DNA of 41,811 nucleotides from Promethearchaeota archaeon (GTDB taxonomy: Archaea; Asgardarchaeota; Lokiarchaeia; Sigyniarchaeales; SOKP01). Below the pieces are notes generated by a model. The model did no database searches. It was given only the letters and a program-made list of their open reading frames with translations, and was not told the origin of the DNA. The DNA lies in contig JAHLWH010000183.1 in NCBI GenBank assembly GCA_019058015.1, forward strand, positions 1 to 41,811, given 5' to 3'. Within the stretch, counting starts at the first letter, position 1; every line of letters begins with the position of its first letter. The position numbers and the translations under genes are program-made. Shown piece by piece: positions 39,365-41,811 of the stretch.

Positions 39365-39594
39365 TTTAAATAAAAAGAAACATCTTGCAAAGTTATATTC
39401 CTATTGTACATTGTACTCAAAACGATTTTAATATAATTAGGTGAATGAGTTCTTGATACTTTTTCATATTGTTTTTCATAACCTTTCTTGGACGGTTTAG
39501 GCAGACTCATCCAATGTTCTCTCTTTTTCTGATAAAATTTTTTAGTTGTTTGTTTAATTAATAACAACCTGCGTAATATAACTTAATGACTAGC
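39365..39594 (-). pseudogene. C-terminal remnant of an XRE-ImmA/IrrE-type protein
   Basis: ASH*VILRRLL...Y...W...Y..IVL....NITLQDVSFYL resembles the VSxEVxLRRL...I...D.S.YL tail of this family. It has an in-frame stop and is cut off by the repeat. Confidence 0.5.
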
Positions 39595-39768
39595 CTAAAA
39601 CAATAGATAAATTTAAATCCTTGAATAACTATATAACAATCACTTCTTGAGATGATGCCATTTTTTACGAATTAGAAAGAAAAAAAGTCAAGAAGTAATA
39701 ATAATTTATAAACTCAAGAAATTACAAAATTTAAAATTATAAAAAATAAAAATGGAGGTTAAATTTCC

Positions 39769-40173
39769 ATGTCAATTGATGAATTAAAATCTCAAATAAC
39801 CGAAAAAGAAGAAGAAAAAAAGAAGGTTGAAGATGAAACAGTTTCTAAAACTACTGTTGCAGAGTCTGAAATAAATTCTAAATATGAACCAAAAATTTCG
39901 GAACTTAAGGAAAAATTAAAAAAATCACAAGGGGAGTTGGAAACAACTCAAACACAATATGCAGAACTCAAGAATAAGCTTGCAGAATACAAAACAAATA
40001 TTAAAAATATAACTAAAGATTTGAAAATAGAAGAAAAGGAGAAAGTAGCTGAATTAAAGGCGAAAAATAAGGAAATAGAGGCGCAAAAGAAAATTAAAGT
40101 AAAAGAGATTGATGTTAAAATAAAAGAATTAAATAGTAAAATTAAAGCAATAGAAAAAGAACAAGCTGCATAG
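39769..40173 (+). CDS. Lys/Glu-rich coiled-coil protein of unknown function
   Basis: Heptad-rich 134 aa; strong GGAGGT ribosome-binding site. Confidence 0.8.
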   Translation: MSIDELKSQITEKEEEKKKVEDETVSKTTVAESEINSKYEPKISELKEKLKKSQGELETTQTQYAELKNKLAEYKTNIKNITKDLKIEEKEKVAELKAKNKEIEAQKKIKVKEIDVKIKELNSKIKAIEKEQAA

Positions 40174-40236
40174 TTTCTTCTTAACTAGAATGCATTTATA
40201 AATGAAAAATAAAAAAATGAAAATGATAAATTTAAA

Positions 40237-41499
40237 TTAGAAAAAATTCTGAAATTTATCATTTGCAATATTTTTTCTGTCTTGAACTCGCTCTTCCTTA
40301 CTTTTATTAATTTTAAGTGCATTATTGCAAATTTCCTTTCCAATAATTACTGAAGGATTAGTCGCCCAATTCACATTAATCATCGTACAAAAGAAATATA
40401 TACTTGCTTGAATTAGTGATATTAACTCTGCGATTGATTTAAGATATACATCTTTACTTGATATTTTTGCAGAAGGAACTTCTTTTTCAATTAATGCTTG
40501 AAATGTAGCATCAGCTTGAAAATTAATTATTTCCTCGGCCGATTTTCCATTGATAAAATCTATTTTCGAATTTAAACCATAATCATATTTTTCTTCATCA
40601 GTCGTCCATAGAATCGGGCTTACAGAACCGGAGCTCCCTCCTAAAAGAAATTCAAGGATTGAATGTTGACACAATGGTGCTGGCTGATAAGTTCCTATCA
40701 AACCTTTCCCATCTTTACCGCTACTTTCACTCAATCCTTGAACAAATAAACCAGTCATATATTCTAAATCTTTAAAGTAGGGCATAGAAAATATGTTATG
40801 ATAACCCTTTAAATAGAGATTATATAAAAAAGTTGCTAATTCTAATGCATAATTTCGATTATCAGAATTATTTGCAATATTCTCTAAATCCATAAAATGA
40901 GAATAACCATAGTCTAGGTATTTTAAAAATGCATTAATATCAATTCCTGCAATATATGCAGGAGCAAGTGCTACATTTGTAATTGAAGCAGCGAATCTCC
41001 CTGAAAGATCTGGAACATCTAAAATTGAGCAACCTATTTCTTTTAAAATTTCATTCATAGGTCCTCTGGAAGATATACCGAGAAAAGGAAAATTTTTTTG
41101 AAGAAATAATTCAAGTGTGGAATTGATATCTAATGTTTTTCCACCGCCAGAAATAGGAATTACAAGAGAATTATTTTCATTGCATAATTTTAAACAACTA
41201 TTAATCTCACTTGGTCTTGAACTTGTAATTGGAAAAATCTTTTTCTCTGTAAGATGACTTAGGCATAATAATGTTTGAATTGATCCCCCAGTTCCTAAGA
41301 TAATTAAATTTCTAATATTTTCATTATTTCTATAAACTTCACAAATCTTTTCTATGTGTTTTAAATCTACAAAATCGGAAGTATTTATAAAAAAAGGCTC
41401 ATCCCAATTATGCTTATTTTTTGAAATAAGTTGCTTTGCTTCTAATAATTTATCTATTGATAATTGTGGATAATATTCAAAATTTAAATTAAGATCCAA
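40237..41499 (-). CDS. Divergent glucose-6-phosphate isomerase-like (SIS) protein
   Basis: GTGGS, SGGGKT, GRF, QGLSESSGK, QHS and NPSVIIGK match the PGI motifs GIGGS, SKSGxT, GRF, QLxxESxGK, QHS and QPxVExGK. Confidence 0.8.
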   Translation of the reverse strand: MDLNLNFEYYPQLSIDKLLEAKQLISKNKHNWDEPFFINTSDFVDLKHIEKICEVYRNNENIRNLIILGTGGSIQTLLCLSHLTEKKIFPITSSRPSEINSCLKLCNENNSLVIPISGGGKTLDINSTLELFLQKNFPFLGISSRGPMNEILKEIGCSILDVPDLSGRFAASITNVALAPAYIAGIDINAFLKYLDYGYSHFMDLENIANNSDNRNYALELATFLYNLYLKGYHNIFSMPYFKDLEYMTGLFVQGLSESSGKDGKGLIGTYQPAPLCQHSILEFLLGGSSGSVSPILWTTDEEKYDYGLNSKIDFINGKSAEEIINFQADATFQALIEKEVPSAKISSKDVYLKSIAELISLIQASIYFFCTMINVNWATNPSVIIGKEICNNALKINKSKEERVQDRKNIANDKFQNFF

Positions 41500-41636
41500 A
41501 TAACTACACCTAAAAATTTTATATTTTTATCATAATATTATAATAGTAAAAAAAAGAAGATTAATAAATCCATTAAAAACTTTTTTTAATTATATATTTA
41601 TTATATGTTATATACAGATAAAAACTGAGAATAGCG

Positions 41637-41811
41637 ATGAGTGAAGAACAACTCCAATACTTGTTGACAAATTTAGTGGAGAATGTTGTTGGACTCCTAT
41701 CAAGTGCATTATTAAGTAAAGAAGGATTAATTGTCCAATCCATATTAGAGGAAGAGGTTTCAGAATTAAAAATTGCGGCTATGAGTGCAACTATTCTATC
41801 CACATGCGAGC
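41637..41811 (+). CDS. Roadblock/LC7 domain protein, 5' part only (runs off the window); missing from the ORF track
   Basis: MSEEQLQYLLTNLVENVVGLLSSALLSKEGLIVQSILEEEVSELKIAAMSATILSTCE, matching the Roadblock pattern (aalvsxDGL...iaAmsa). Confidence 0.88.
   Translation, partial: MSEEQLQYLLTNLVENVVGLLSSALLSKEGLIVQSILEEEVSELKIAAMSATILSTCE

Noticed and set aside
39322-39567. Intact 81-aa gene
   Set aside because: It is a chimera of an ImmA-like remnant and an out-of-frame reading of the duplicated pgi tail.
41573-41803. 76-aa minus-strand ORF
   Set aside because: It is the antisense shadow of the Roadblock gene.
1-41811. Genome-wide stop-codon reassignment suggested by in-frame stops at 37-39 (TAA), 13980-13982 (TAG) and about 39583-39585 (TAA)
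   Set aside because: TAG and TAA end many intact genes at their expected C-termini (rfbD, ppdK, nucleoside hydrolase, ileS), so these are better read as isolated nonsense mutations.

Overview
This AT-rich window is most likely from an Asgard archaeon of the Lokiarchaeia type. That is inferred from archaeal-type IleRS, PheRS and CoaD together with eukaryotic-signature-like proteins: a tandem UEV/RWD+RING protein, a Vps29-like phosphoesterase and a Roadblock/LC7 protein. From left to right it holds: the end of a nonulosonic-acid/surface-glycan cluster with two decayed genes; ileS; a FANCL-like multi-UEV RING protein; a dTDP-rhamnose operon (rfbA-C-B-D) split by an inserted gene encoding repeats, a putative PD-(D/E)XK nuclease and a TFIIB domain, with one in-frame amber codon; a bacterial-type RNase PH; pheS-pheT-pheA; coaD; DUF1512; SCP2 proteins; ppdK; an Fe-ADH/AOR pair; a tandemly duplicated module of an unannotated 52-aa RHH regulator, ATCCA-N5-TGGA boxes and a Ca/cation antiporter; a LarA-like racemase; dCMP deaminase; nucleoside hydrolase; VapBC; a 182-bp att-like duplication of the 3' end of a PGI-like gene; and a partial Roadblock gene. 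Several conserved genes can only be full length if they initiate at ATT or ATA. I recognised no rRNA, tRNA or CRISPR array. All family calls come from motif recognition by eye; no database searches were run.
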